29,349 nucleotides of DNA from Proteromonas lacertae (taxonomy: Eukaryota), in NCBI GenBank assembly GCA_002245135.1, contig NGBS01000300.1, positions 186,001 through 215,349 on the forward strand, written 5' to 3'. Below the pieces are notes generated by a model. That model ran no database searches. It was not told where the DNA came from and was given only the letters and a program-made list of their open reading frames with translations. How positions within the stretch are numbered: the stretch's first letter is position 1; the number at the start of each line of letters is the position of its first letter. Below, in pieces: positions 1-15,000 of the stretch. Both the position numbers and the translations under genes were made by a program.

Positions 1-1
1 A

Positions 2-3000
2 TTTGATAAAGCAAATGGACAATTTACTATTTCTGCTCAATCAAAATCATTGTATTTCGGTACAACTGTTTCATCAAGTGTATATGGATATACAGCAACC
101 TTTTATATAGCATTTCATAGTATAATTTATAATAATTTATTAATATTTATTATAAAATAGTTGTTGATACTTTAGATGAAAATGATTATGATGTAGATGA
201 GATTGTTTTTGTAGCTAATTCACAGTATAATTTAGATTATCCATTGAAATATCCATTCTATGTAAGTGAATGTCAAGTTACTCCATCATTACCATATGGA
301 TTTACATTAAGTGATGAATGTACAATAGGTGGAAATCCAAGTGTAATACAAGGAACAACAGTATATACAGTTATTATGAATAATCCATTTGAAATAAAGA
401 CAGTCAAAATCAAATTAAGTGTAGTAGAAGATATAAAGAATTATAAATGTATTTTTTTATTGTAGTTTATATATATCTATAGCAAAAGTTGGAACATTCA
501 GATATAGAGTATTTAACAATCCCAATTTAGGATGTAATTTTGCAATTAAAGATTATAATCATGGTCCATTTAGTTCTCAACAATTTCCATCAGTAATTAA
601 CCATGCAAAATCATTAGGTGGAGCTGCAAGCAATTATTATGAGTATATTGAATTTCTACTAACAGTTGATACTTCTTATGATTTATGGTCATTTTATATA
701 GAAGGTGATAATAGTGTTGGAATAAAAATAGATGAAGATGATTTCAAAACAGAGAGTGTATGTCAAGAAGAAGTAGAATTGGAAGTTCAAAAAAGACTGT
801 TCAAAGGAACTCATCATATTTATGTACATCATTATCGTAATTCTTATTCTGGAACTAAGTTATTATCTTTATATTATTCAAATAGTAAAACAAAGAAGAC
901 TTTATTAAAAGGTGATTTCATCTATCCACAGATTACAGCATATGATATTAAATATACTAAAGATTCATTCTCATCTTATGTAGAAACAAAATTCAATTTC
1001 AATTCATTGAATTACTTTGTAGATCCAACGTATACTATTTCACCAGTCTTACCAGATGGTATAACGATGTCAAGTAGTACAGGAACAATGACAGGTGTTC
1101 CGACAGTATTTACAGATGCTATTGATTATACAATTCGAGTACAGAGTTATTTCTTGATAAGTAAAAAGATAGTTACAATTGAAATTCTTAGACATTTACC
1201 ATTTGTTATGAGAAAACAATTCTTTTTGATTAAAGACCCAAATAAACAGTTTGTTTATGATCCTGTAGAATATCCTAAACCAATTGCTCAAGATTTCTCC
1301 TATGATTATAATTTCTCATTCCCTTATGCTGAGCAAGGTGCAGATGGTTATCCAGTTGAAATGAATCAAGCTTTAGGAGTCCATATTTCATCTGTTATTC
1401 ATATTAATAAAGGAGGAGTTCGATGGAGTTTTGAATTTTGGGTATTTATATTTATATTTATATTTTTGTTTTATGTTTAGACTACTGGAGGTTTTAATGT
1501 GTATGTATTAGGTGCAAACTATTTTCGTGGACAATTAGGAAATCCAGCAGTTCAACATATCACAGGATTCTTTTTCACAATCCAGAATAATAGAGAAGAT
1601 TGTATCATTATTGTATTTATTCTGTAATAGTGTATTTTGATTATACATTTGATATAACTATGCCAGCTGGTTATAAGTACTTTAAATATACAATATCACT
1701 AGTTACTACCAGTAATATTTTTATTAGTGCAGTAACTGACAGAGTCTATGGTGATATTGGAGGAGAAATGACTTATAGAAGAAATCCAGCTACTTATCCA
1801 ATGAATACTTTAATCAAACGAAATACACTTGTTTATAAGAAAACTCCTCCATATAATTGTAGTTTAACACCTGATTCACCACATTTACCTACTGGTTTAA
1901 CAATATCTCCAATTAATGGCGATTTATATGGTACTCCTACAGAAACAAAAGCAGAAGATGATTATACAGTTTTGTGTTATTCAAAAACTGGTCCTGTAGA
2001 AACAACTCTTACACTTAGAGTGGTTGGTATATTTGTTATTTCTAATATATATTTTTTATTAAATAGAGGGTATTCCTCCAGCAAATGTTCAACTTTACGA
2101 TTGTCAGAATAATCCTACCAGCGAATTAACGCTTTTTGTTGGAGGTCAACCTTGTGCTTATAGAATTACTGCAGATAATAATCCTCAGACATTCTCTTTA
2201 TCTCCATCAATTCCTGCAGGTGTAACAGTCGAAGAGAGTATTGGTATAATAGGTGGTGCTCCATCTGCTATAGTTGCAGAGTATATAATATTATTATTAT
2301 TTATTATTTATTTTGAATAGAAAAACAATACAAGTATCTGCCAGTAATTTCTATGGATCAGATGCAAAGGATATAAAGTATAGTGTAGTTGCTAAACCAG
2401 GAACTTCATATACATTTACTATCAATCTTGAAATAAAAGGAGTGTCAGATTTATCTCATTATAAATTAGAAGTGATAGGAGGAAGTAACAAATTAGCTGA
2501 TCAAGATCTACCACCTGGTTCTTATATTTTCACTGTTAATACTAATAATGCAAAATTTAAAATTTCATTGACAGCAGGAAATAAGTATAATATTTAATAG
2601 TATTTATTCTTTTAAATAGTACATTAGTAGGATCAGTAATGCGTAATAATCAATATATTTTACATATTGAAGAAGATGCATTCACAACACCTTCAACTGT
2701 TATATCAAAAGAGTTTACAGTATTAACTGATACTCCAAATCCGCATTATCATATTACTGGAACAGATTTTTTCTATTATAAATTAAACACTGCAATTATG
2801 TTATATCCTAGTCCAGGTTGCTTACTTAATGGTCATAGAATGTTAATTGCTGCAGCTGGAGTTTCGTTAAGTAATCAAGGAGTTTTTACTGCTAGTGCAA
2901 GATCAACATGCGATATTTTGATGTTAGCAAATCAGATGTCTAGTAATGATAAAAAACCTGCAATTGTAGTGGTTGATTGTGAATTATGTAAGACTACTAC

Positions 3001-6000
3001 TGTAGGAAAAGTAAAAACTCGTGTTCATGTTGTAACAACAAGTGGATCAGTAAAAGCAAAAGTGTATGATGGTATTAAAGATGAACAACATTTATATGAA
3101 ATAACAATAACAACAACAAAACAGTCAATCTGTTTTGAAAATGAATATGCAATATTTGAATATGAAGAAGAATCGGCTGTAGTTATAAATTATTATGGAA
3201 TAGGCGATTATTTGATATACAGTGGATCAGCATATGATAAAATTCATGTTATTGATCATAATAAAGTCAATCTCTATGAAGATATGAAATATTTTCAAGG
3301 TAATCCTCCTGCTGATTGGAAAACAGTAGCTTTTAATGATGATGGATGGGAGACATCAAGTTTCCCAAAATATAAAATGCCAAATAATAGAGTAAAAGTA
3401 TATATTAGAAAGAAGTTTACAGTACCAGCCAATTGTCTTGGAGGTTATATTGGATTTGTACTTAGAGGTAATGTTTTTATTGATGGTGTACAAGTATTTA
3501 GTGGAACTCCTGGTTGGCCTTTGCCTTGGAATTCTGCACCAATTCCTTATGATATTATTACTAAACCAGGTACAGAGCATGTTGTAGCAATTGAATGGAC
3601 TGGAGATAATGCTGCTGATATAATTGGATTGATGGTTGATTTGGTTGTACATTTTGAATTTTCTCATAATGATCTAACTAAAGCACCAGGATTAAGAAGA
3701 AATATACCAATCCTAAATAGTGCTATTTATGATTATGATCCTTATTCTTCCTATTCTGGAAGTCCTAATAATCTCAAATTTACTTATGCATTTGACTCTT
3801 CAAGACCTCAATATGTGAATGGAATGTCATTTATAGGTGGAAAGACTCAAACATATTATGGTGTTAGATTAGTCGATGAAAATGAAAATTTGATGGCAAG
3901 AATGAATTCCATCGTATTTGAAACTCAATTAAGTGAAGTGTATATGTTAAGTGATTTTAGTACAACTTCATTTAAAACAAAAGCAGCAGCAATTATTGTA
4001 AGTGGAACTCCAGACACTGTATTAGTAAGTGGAATTGGATTATTAGCACTTAGAGTTGATGATACTTGTGAATATAATAATGGATGGATTAAAACACCAA
4101 CAAATAGTTATGCATATAGATTATGTACTTTTTATTTAGTTGATAGAAAAGGACATCAAAAAAGAAAATGTAATAGTGATAAAACATGGTCAGATGCTGA
4201 AGCAGTTAATTGTCATGTTTGTGGAAGTGGTAAATCGAAATTGTTTATTAGTTACTATCTTGAAGAAGGAGAAACATTTACAGTTGCACAAGGATCTACA
4301 GTGCTTGTAGCAAATAAATATGATGGTGAAAATTATACAAGTGTTTGTTATTCAGATGCAAGTGGTTCAGCTGATTTGACAATAACAATTTCAAATCCAA
4401 TGAAACCGTGGAGTATTAATTCATATATACAAATTGAAACATTTTCAAAAGTTGCTTTATATAAAACAACATTATATGAATCAGGTAGTAAGACATTTAC
4501 ATTTTCTTTGCCAATTAGAGGTGTTCATGATGATTATTATTATACAGCAGATGAACAAACAGACAATGTTTGGACCACATCAACTAGTATCACTTCATCA
4601 CCTTGGATTAAAGGAAGTTTACTCGATACAAAGAATAGAAAGATTACTACTTATATTAGATATGATTTTACAATACCAACAAATTTGAAATATATAGTAC
4701 TTACTGTATTTTATCAAGATGGATATGTGATATATTTGGATGGAGTATTATTAGAGAAAGTTAACTTAGATGATGGATATACATATACATCAGAAGCAAC
4801 AGCTACATATGATATGCCTCAAGTAAAACGTTACACATTAGACCCATCACAATTAATACCTGGAAATACAGCAAAAGTAGCAATCGAATATCATAAGAAA
4901 GAAAGAGGTGATTTAGATGATAGAGTGTTATTAGATTCTGTTATATATGTTGCTAGAGATAATGAAGATTATACAATTCGTTCATTTTCTGGTGATAGTT
5001 TTCCAGTTGAATATTTACCTATTTTTGATAGAGATGATATAGGATATAATGGTAGTTGTGATCCATTACCAATTATTAAATACACTTTTACAAATCCTCA
5101 GTATATTACACATTATGAATTTCAAACTGGTGAAATTAAATCTGGCACTTTGAATAGATGGAAAATTAAAGGAATTAAAGAAAATGGTGATGAAATTTTA
5201 CTTCATTATGTTTCATATTATCGAATGGAAAGTAATAAAAATTATAAGTTTAGCATTCAAACATCTGGTGTTTATGAGAGTATAATTATTGAAATATTAG
5301 GTTGTGAAAAAGATGTATTAACATTAAAATATATTCATTATTTATCTGGATTATCAACTAATGATTGTGCTACTGATACTATTTGGTATAGAACTCCTAA
5401 AGGATATTCTTCTCAGTATTTATGTTCAACATTTTTATACAATACTATCGGAATAGCGACAAGAAAATGTAAAAGTGATGGAAATTGGGATGATATTGAT
5501 TATACTGAGTGTGAAAGATGTAGTAGTGGTCAAACAAAATATTATGTTAAGAAATCATATCTTACAAAAGAAAGTTGTGTTAATGAAAAATTCAAAATAA
5601 AAAATAATGTATTGGATAATAATAATCAGTTATGTGAAAAAGAGAATAATACTTATGTATCATTTTGTATGTCTGATACAATAAAGAATGCAGAATTAGA
5701 GTTAAGTTCGAGTGTAAATCAAGCTTGGGATTACGGTTCTTATGTATCAATAAGTGATGAAAGTTTCTTCCCAATAATAGAATCAACATTTGATAAATCT
5801 AATATAGGCACTACAAAGACAAGTACATTCCCTTCATTAAATATAAAATTTAGTTCAGAATGGCACTATACATCAAATGAAGGAAGAAGTGGTAGTTATA
5901 CTTATCCATTCTATATATTTGAAAATCCAGGTGAATTAAAATTAACTAGAAAGTTTACAGTTGAAATGTCAAAAATTCGTCAAATTATTACAAATGTTTT

Positions 6001-9000
6001 AACAAATGGTGGATATAAATTCCTTTTAAACGGACATGAGATTGTTAGTAATAATTATCCATTATCTCCTACTACAGATAAATACAGTCAAAATGATTGT
6101 GATGGTGTGAAAGTCTTTACACATAACTTACCAATGGATTACTTAGTCGAAGGTCAAAATACTATTGAAGTTTCATATTATACATGTAAAAATATGCCAA
6201 TGACTCAATTATATGGTGCTTTTGATGCAAATTTGATTATTTATACGGTTGGAAGATATTTAATCAATCGTTTAAAGAATGATGCATATGAGTATGTATT
6301 TGATTCTAGAAAAGATACAATATATCAATCGTTGTGTGTACAAAATGTGAAAATACCGTATGTTTTTTATAATTCTCAAAATCATGTAATTAATACATAC
6401 ACATTGTATTTTGATGGTGAACCTGGTTTTAATTCATGGACTTTAAGCTCTGAATTAAGTGATGGAAGTGTTGTAACAATTGATACTAAGAATCAATATG
6501 CTTTGATTATAAATGGTTATTATGAGTTTTTAGTTGATAATCGAGGTAGTTATTCTAATATAATCTTCACTATTACAAGATGTACTTCTAATTATTTCAC
6601 TATATCTGATATATCTTACTACAATTCTGAAACTACAAGTACTTGTAGTGCAGATGGTCATTGGGAAGCTGCTCTGTCTGGTTCTACATTACAGAATTCA
6701 TGTAGTGATTTGTTATTATATAAAAGTGGTTCAGAAAAGATTACTTGTGAAGTAGATGGTCATTTCAGTGCTGTAGTTTATGATGAATGTAAATTATGTG
6801 GAAATGATGAAACTAGAATATATTTGACAAAAGTAGGTGAAGATGAAAATGAATATTATACTATCAGTTATGAAGGTCGTGTAATTTATACAATGAATTC
6901 CAATGAGCATACTATTTGTATAAAATCTACAACTAATCTGGATGTATATTCTATAAAACTAATGACAAAGAATAATGATGTAAATGGTTGGTCATTATCT
7001 TCTTATCTACAAATTGTTCCATTTAATGATGAATCAATTTTATTTTCTAGAACATTATATAAAGCTAAAGAACAGCAATTTAGATTAACACCTCCAATAA
7101 TTCCACAGATTACTAAATGGCAATATTCAACAAATGATATATCTGGAGTGACTGATTGGATGACATCAACAACAAATCCAAGTGCTTGGACAGAAGTTAA
7201 TAATTTGTTAGGATTGAAGAATACTGTTGGAGAAACAACATATTTAAGAAAACAATTTAATGTAAAATCAGTTAAGAATATATTATATTTGAATATTGAT
7301 TATTCGTATAAAGATGGAATAATAATTTATATTAACAATAAAGAAATTGTTAAAAGAAACTTAGATGAAAACGGTGTTAGTCATGCAACAAAAGCAATTA
7401 ATCATTCTTTACAACCAACCATAGAAAACATGGATGTAAATCCAGAGAAATATTTGAAGAATGGAATTAACTATATAGCTGTTGAATATCATAGAAGTAA
7501 GAATCGTCAAAGTACTTATACTGCAGTTCCGTTCACATTATCAGTATATAGTGATATTGTTCAAGATACATTCCAATTGCCATCTAAAGATATAATTATG
7601 TCAACTACAAAAGATGAAACTATATTTTATGTAAAATTTAGACATATTTATACAGTTCAAGAAATCAGAATAACTAGTTCTTTTGGTGAAGATATATTAT
7701 TGAATAATGTAGAAATAATAAGTGAAGAAGAGAATATAAATAAAACAAGTCAAGTATTTTACTCAGTTTATGTTCCTAAAGGAGAAATCAGTAATTTATT
7801 GCTAAAGAATACGATTCATTCAAGACTATTAACTGTAATTCTTCATAATTGTACGTATAGTCAAGATGAATTGATGATAACATTCCATTCATATGTTGAT
7901 ACAACTAAACATTGTAAAGACTCTGGTATATGGGTTTCTACACCTTCTAATGCAAAGCAATATAGAAGTTGCTTTTCAAATTTGTTAAATCGTTCTGGTT
8001 ATCAAAGTAGAACATGTGGTTCAAATGGTGAATGGAACAATGTTGAAAATAGTGAATGTAAGGTGTGTAATAATATAAATGATATGAAATTTTATTATTG
8101 GTTTAATGTAACTGCATCATCAGTAAAGAATGGTTTTATCTTAAAGCAAAATGGTAATACATTATTCACTTCTCCATTATACAATGAAAAGACTGAAATA
8201 TTTAATTATATTTGTTTAAGTGATACTACAAAACCACTCACAGTAGAATATGTAACTGAACCATCAAATAAAGCTTGGAGTGAAAATACTGTATTGCAAT
8301 TTGAGACAATTGGTGGTTTAGTTGTTAGTAGAAGTAGTTATGATGGTAAGAATGATAAAACAAGTAGTTTTATTTTACCTCCAAAGTTAGATACGATGAA
8401 ATGGAAATATAGTGATTCATCTTCTATTGTTGTAACTGATTGGCTAGCTTCAACATATGATTTGTCGACATGGAGTGAAGGAAGTTTTGATACAATAAAA
8501 TCAACACAATCAACTGTTTATTTGACTAAAACAATTGATATTAGTTTATTAGAAAATCATAATTTGATGATAGAATTCTATTATTATGAAGGATTTACTG
8601 TTTATATTAATCATTATCTGTTAGAGAGTTATAATATGAATAAGCATTCAAATGAATTATCTATTTATTATATGAGTATTCCATTCAGTTACATTAATGA
8701 AGGAAAGAATAGGATTAATGTTGTTTTCTCTAGAAGTAAGTATAGTTACAATGATTATATATTATTTGATTTACAGTTGTTATTAGATTATTCTGATTCA
8801 TTATCTTATTATTCAACAACTGGACCAGCACCATTTGCTGTAGATTCAAGAATAGATACAGTTTATACAACCACATGCAAAATAAGTGTTGAAATAACAT
8901 CAGTGTTTAGTAATGAATTGAATCATCATATTTATGGTTATACTATAAGAGGTAATAAATTCAATTTCAATAGTTGGAGTATATATGATTTAGCTGGAAG

Positions 9001-12000
9001 ATTATATGATACACAAAATAACTATGCCTTGAGTACAACATCAGAAAACACGTTCTTATTCTCACAAACTGTGTTTGCTAATATGTTGATATTTTCAATA
9101 AGAAATTGCGGTGGAAATGAAATTTCAATTGCTGATATAATGTATAATATTGTCTCAAGTAAATCAATTTGTGTGCAAGATAATATATGGCATAACACAG
9201 CTGCAGGAAGTAGTGTTAATTTGCCATGTGCTTATGGTTTATATAATAGAGAAGGAGAACAAAGTAGAACTTGTGAAAATGATAATAATGTAATTAAATG
9301 GAAAGATGTAGATTATAGCAAGTGTAGAATATGTTCTAATTCAGGTTCAAAGAAGACTATTAAGTTGTATATTTCATTAACATGTTCAGAAGACTGTAAA
9401 TCTTTAAACATCATAGATGATAGTAATAAATTGGAAGAATTATTTAAAGACTTGAAAGATGAGAGTATAATAGCAGAAAGTTGCTATGAAATTAATAAAG
9501 TCATTTCTATTAAGTTATCATCATCAGTTGTTCAAAATGTGTCAATTGAAATAGAAACAGTAGGAGGAAATCCATTATTATCAACCAAATTAGAAATGAA
9601 AGCAAATGTAGAAATACCATTAACATTTACAACTCCATTTGTCGGTTTGAATGAAGAAATGAAGTATTACATAACTGATCCATCAGATCCAAACTGGAAA
9701 TCATTAGATTATGATGATAAGAGTTGGTCGAAATGTAGTTTTCCTAATTGTTTAAATACTGAAATAACCACTTATTTTAGAACAAAGTTTAATATTGCTA
9801 ATCTTGAAGTGTTATATAATGTAATAGTAGAAGTGTATTATAATGAAGGTTTTATATTTAATGTGAATGGAGATGAAATAATGAGAGAGAATTTACCAAC
9901 AACAAATGTTGATAGTACAACTGAAGCAACAAGTTCAACGAGTAGTTCATTCCCTGATACAATAGCATTTAGTATTCCATTGAATAAATTGAAAGAAGGA
10001 GATAATATAATATCCGTTGAATATCATAAAGAAACTAGTGGTTCATCTTATACAGGATTTGATTTTATGGTTTATATTATCAATGGACCAGAAAAATCTA
10101 TTAGAACTCTAACAGGTAATTCAAACTATTTAACATTATTCAATCCAAATATTATTAATAACAATGAGGAGTTAAAATGCTCATTCAATTCATTATCAAT
10201 TAATTACTATTTCTACAGTCAAATAGCTGAACCAATTAATTATTACAAAATTGTATTAGGAGATAATACTGAACATTATCCAAAAGATTGGAAAGTGGAA
10301 GTATATGATGGAAATAGATATACAGTAGTTCATGAAATAGAGAATTATCAATATATTGGTAATTCTAAAGAACTTAGTTTCTATTTAGATACACCAATAG
10401 CTGGTCCATCTTATAGAATAACATTTACTAAATGTAATGAGGATGCATTATTACCAATTGCTCATATTGAGTTTATTATTGCTTTAAGTAGTGAAGCTTG
10501 TCCATTTAACGATTATTGGTCTACTACTCCAAGAGGATCTCAAGCTAGTTTGACTTGTTTGATTGGATTTAAAGATAAAGAGAAATATCAAACTAGAAAA
10601 TGTGTTGAACAAAATGGCAAGAGTGAATGGGCTAATATTGATGATAGTAGTTGTGATGTTTGTACTGCAGGAAAGTCAAAAATATATATAATAAAATATA
10701 ACAAAAATCATCCCGAAGAAGAAAGCATTAAAATTGGTGCAAATGATCCAATAACTTGGTTAGCTAATGATGCAAATAAAACAACAACACAAACATTATG
10801 TTTGAGTAGTGGAAATTTTGATGTAATTTTATCAGATAGTGGTGTAACTGATGATAGTAAAGGTTGGGATGAAGGTAGTTATGTTGAAATACAAACGTTT
10901 ACTGGTTTTATATTGTTTAGAGGTTCAATATCAAAAGGTGTTACTACCAGTGAAACATTCAAAATAACAATACCACAAGTATCCATTAGGAGGTAATTGG
11001 AAATATTATGATACTGATTTGTCAAGTATATCGAATTGGTACAATAAAGATTATGATGATACAAAGTGGTTAAATGGCAATTCAATAACTAGTGAATCTG
11101 TTACTGTGTATTTAAGAAGAGTTGTATCATTAAGTTTCACTAAAATAAAGTCATTACAGTTAAGTATTTTAGCTATTGGTGGTTATATTATATATTTCAA
11201 TAATCAATTAGTAGGAATGTATGGTGTAGATACAACTGCTAATTACAATACATTCTCAACAACAAATAGTTATCCATCAGAACATAGGATATTTTCAATT
11301 GATCCTAATTTAATTATTAATGGTAATAATTATTTAGCAATAGAATTCCATAAAGAAGATGTAACTTCTAATTTGGTCCAGTTTGATTTGGAAGTAATAT
11401 ATAATGATTCTCCATTAGAAATAACTCCATCATTTACATCTGAAAATTATGATTATTGTGATAATAATAAACTGAGTTATTTCATATATCCTGAATTCCC
11501 ACATAGTATAGAATTAGATTATAAAAATTCACAGTATTTCAATGCAATTAAGCTAATAACTGGTCCAACAATAGCTGGCGTTTGTGAAATAATTATATCT
11601 TCAGTTGATGATAATACAGTGTTATATAGTAATAACAACTATTATGTTGATGCAAATAATACTCAAATTATATCATTAACAAATACATATCAATATAAAA
11701 CAATAGGAATTCAATTTGTGAGATGTGAAAGTCAATTGACAATAGCTGAGTTTTCTATATTGTACAAATTAATCAATGTGAAATGCAGTAAAGATGAAAT
11801 ATGGCCAGAAACTATCATCAATACAAAAGCTACAATTCCATGTTCAAAATTATACTATTCAAGTTATGGATTATTGACCAGAACATGTGAATATGATTCT
11901 ATTACAAATAATGGTAAATGGTCTACTACTATTGATGCAACTAAATGTAATGTATGTAGTGGTATTAATAAAGAACAAATTGAAATTGAAGCAAAATTAT

Positions 12001-15000
12001 TAAATGAAAATGAAACATTTATTATTAGAGAATTACCAGGAAATACTGTTGTAATATATGATAAAGAAAATATTAATAATTTCAGTCCCTATTTGTGTAT
12101 TGACAATACTAAAGAGTATGAAATTGAATTAATAGAAAAGAATGATGATGATATATGGAAATCAGATTCATTTATTTCACTAAAGAATTCAGTTGATTCA
12201 TATTTATTATATAGAAGTTATTCAGTTAAATCATTGAATAAATATAAGTTTGGTGGTTCAGTTATTAGCAGATTTAGTGAATGGAGTTTTAGTACTGATA
12301 ATGTTCAAGAATTAGATGAAAATTGGCAGACTATAATATCAACTGTAGCTGGTATTACATGGACAAATCAAAATTCACCATATTATATTAGCAATAAATT
12401 GACTACTTATTTAAGAAAAGAATTTACGATTGCTGATAAAGACACAATTGGTGGAGTTATATGTCCGACTATATAGTAGTGATGGAGTAATTGTTTATTT
12501 GAATGGAAATTTGATTTATAAATATAATATGGTTGATGGTCGATATTGGTTAAATACAATGTATGCTAATGAAAAATCAGATTTAAAACCTCACGATATA
12601 TTTAGTGATAATCAATATCTTAAAGTTGGAACAAATATAATAACAGTTGAATTACATAAAAGTCATGAAAATGAAAATAACAAAATTTTTATATTTGACA
12701 TCTTAATGACAGTTGCTAAATTAAATCCTACTGAATATATTTATGACTACATAATACCACGCTCATCTATTACCAATCAAAAATGCACAAATGGTATGGT
12801 TTACTATTTTGATAATAAAAATCCTCCAATTACAATCAATTTGATAAGATTCAATAGTAATAATGAATCTTTATTAACTGGTATAAATTATGCTAAACTC
12901 TATGGTTATGAAACAAAGACATCATCCAATAATCGCATTGAAATATTAGAATTAACAAAAGAATTACAACCTGATACATCTGGTTCTTTTGTATTATTAA
13001 ATCATGAATTTTATACACACTTTGAATTAGAGATATTAGAATGTAATGATGTTGATGAATATATTATTCCACCATCAGCAATAGAGTTAATTTATAGTTC
13101 AATACAATGGTGTAATAGTACTTATGATTTACCTACAATATATAAGAATCAAAGTGTTTTATTATCTTCTACAACACAAGGTAATTGTCCAAAAGGATAT
13201 AATGGTATTGCTGCAAGACAATGTAATATAGATTTAAAATGGTCTACTGAATTAAGTCAAAAAGAATGTAAAAGAATTCCTCCATCGTTACATTACAATG
13301 AAGTTAATCAAGCTTATTATGGTTGTGAGTTTACATTAAAACCTGATAATGCCGAAGATGTGAAATTCTTAGCAACAATGACAATTTATCCAGAATTACC
13401 AACTGGTTTAGAAAAGAATGATAAATATGAAATAACTGGTATTCCAAAGAATATAACAGGTTGTGTAAAATATGAGATTAGTTTTGTAAATGAAGTAGGT
13501 GAATTTTCGCAAAATATAACAATATGTGTAAATGGAAAACCAACTGAAGGTAAATTGGAAGATATTACTTGGTTTATTAACACTCCAATGTCATTTACTC
13601 CAACAACTGATTATTTTATTGAAGAGTATTTAATAAGACCAGAGTTGCCTAACAATTTAAGAATCAATTCAAAAACAGGTGAAATAACAGGCGAATCTGC
13701 TACAATGATCTATCAAATTCCGTATTTGATCATAGCTAAGAATCGTTTAGGTTCAGTTAATATTCCATTTACAATAACATTAGCCACTGGACCAAGTTAT
13801 ATGATATATGAACCAAGTCATTATATATTTTATGTTGGTAGAAATTATGAAACATCAAAACCAAGTTATACAGGAATAATAACTGAATATGTAGTGGATA
13901 ATTTACCATCAGGATTATCAATAAATGAAAAGACAGGAGTGATAAGTGGAATAGCTGAAACAAAAACAACAGAAGAATTAGAACTAAAGATAATTGGAAA
14001 GAATCCAGCTGGTGAAACAAGTACAACAATCTATTTATCTATAGAAGATAGATATTGTTTAGAAGATGGTAATTGGCCATTAACTTCACCTGGCATATGG
14101 GTAAATATTTCATGTCCATTATATTATAACGGATATTATTTCAGATTGTGTGTTGATTCAGTAACTCCTGAGTGGAGTGACATAGTTGATAAATGTAGTT
14201 TAATACCGCCAAGAGATTTTAGTTATGAAATTGCTGATATGTATTATTATAAACAACCAATTGATAGCAATAAATCCAAAAATATATGGAATAATTGAAG
14301 AATATGAAATAAGTCCTCCATTACCACATGATTTGAAATTAGTCTAAAACTAGTGGAATTATATCAGGTAGTCCATTAGAAATAGGTAAAACAACTCATA
14401 CAATAATAGCAAGGAATAGCGAAGGTGAAACTTCAACAAAAATTGAATTAGAAATTGGTTATTATGAATGTGAAGAAGATAAAGAATGGCCAACAACAAA
14501 AATAGATGAAGAAGTGATATTAAGTTGTGGTAAAGATAAATATGGAACAATGACAAGAGAATGTATGTCAAATTTAATAGGAAATGATATAAAAGCAGAA
14601 TGGGGACCTGTAAACGATTTAGATTGTTTATCAACCAATTTATCATTAAGTTCAGAACAAGCATATATTTATACAACATTTTCTTTGAATATTACTTCTG
14701 AAACAATAAATGAGAATGGAAAAGTTAGTAAAGGTGATGGAAATAGTAAAAATGTTACATTTTCACCAACTGATCAAAGATATTTAGTTTCTTGTTTAGC
14801 TAAAGTAATAGGAGTTAGTTCAAGAGATTTGGTGATTGAATCCTATAAAATTAATAATAATGGAACAACTATAACAATAAGATTGAGATGGTTAATCGAT
14901 AAATCAAAAATTGAAGAAAAGAAAATCAAAGTACCGATATACTTATATACTCCTTTGTTTCAGAATTATATCAAATCCAAAACAAACTTTTTTGATTTTT

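Noticed and set aside
10979..11026. GTATCC... as a U12-type intron explaining the first frameshift
   Set aside because: No in-frame acceptor, and the interval encodes the conserved WKYY motif of module 7.
10979..14345. Euplotes-style programmed +1 frameshifting at stop codons
   Set aside because: Domain motifs show the frame changes upstream of the stops at 12450 and 14263, and there is no shared AAA-TAR site.
3356..14679. Short antisense or alternate-frame ORFs inside the giant gene
   Set aside because: Shadow ORFs overlapping a well-supported CDS, with no motifs.
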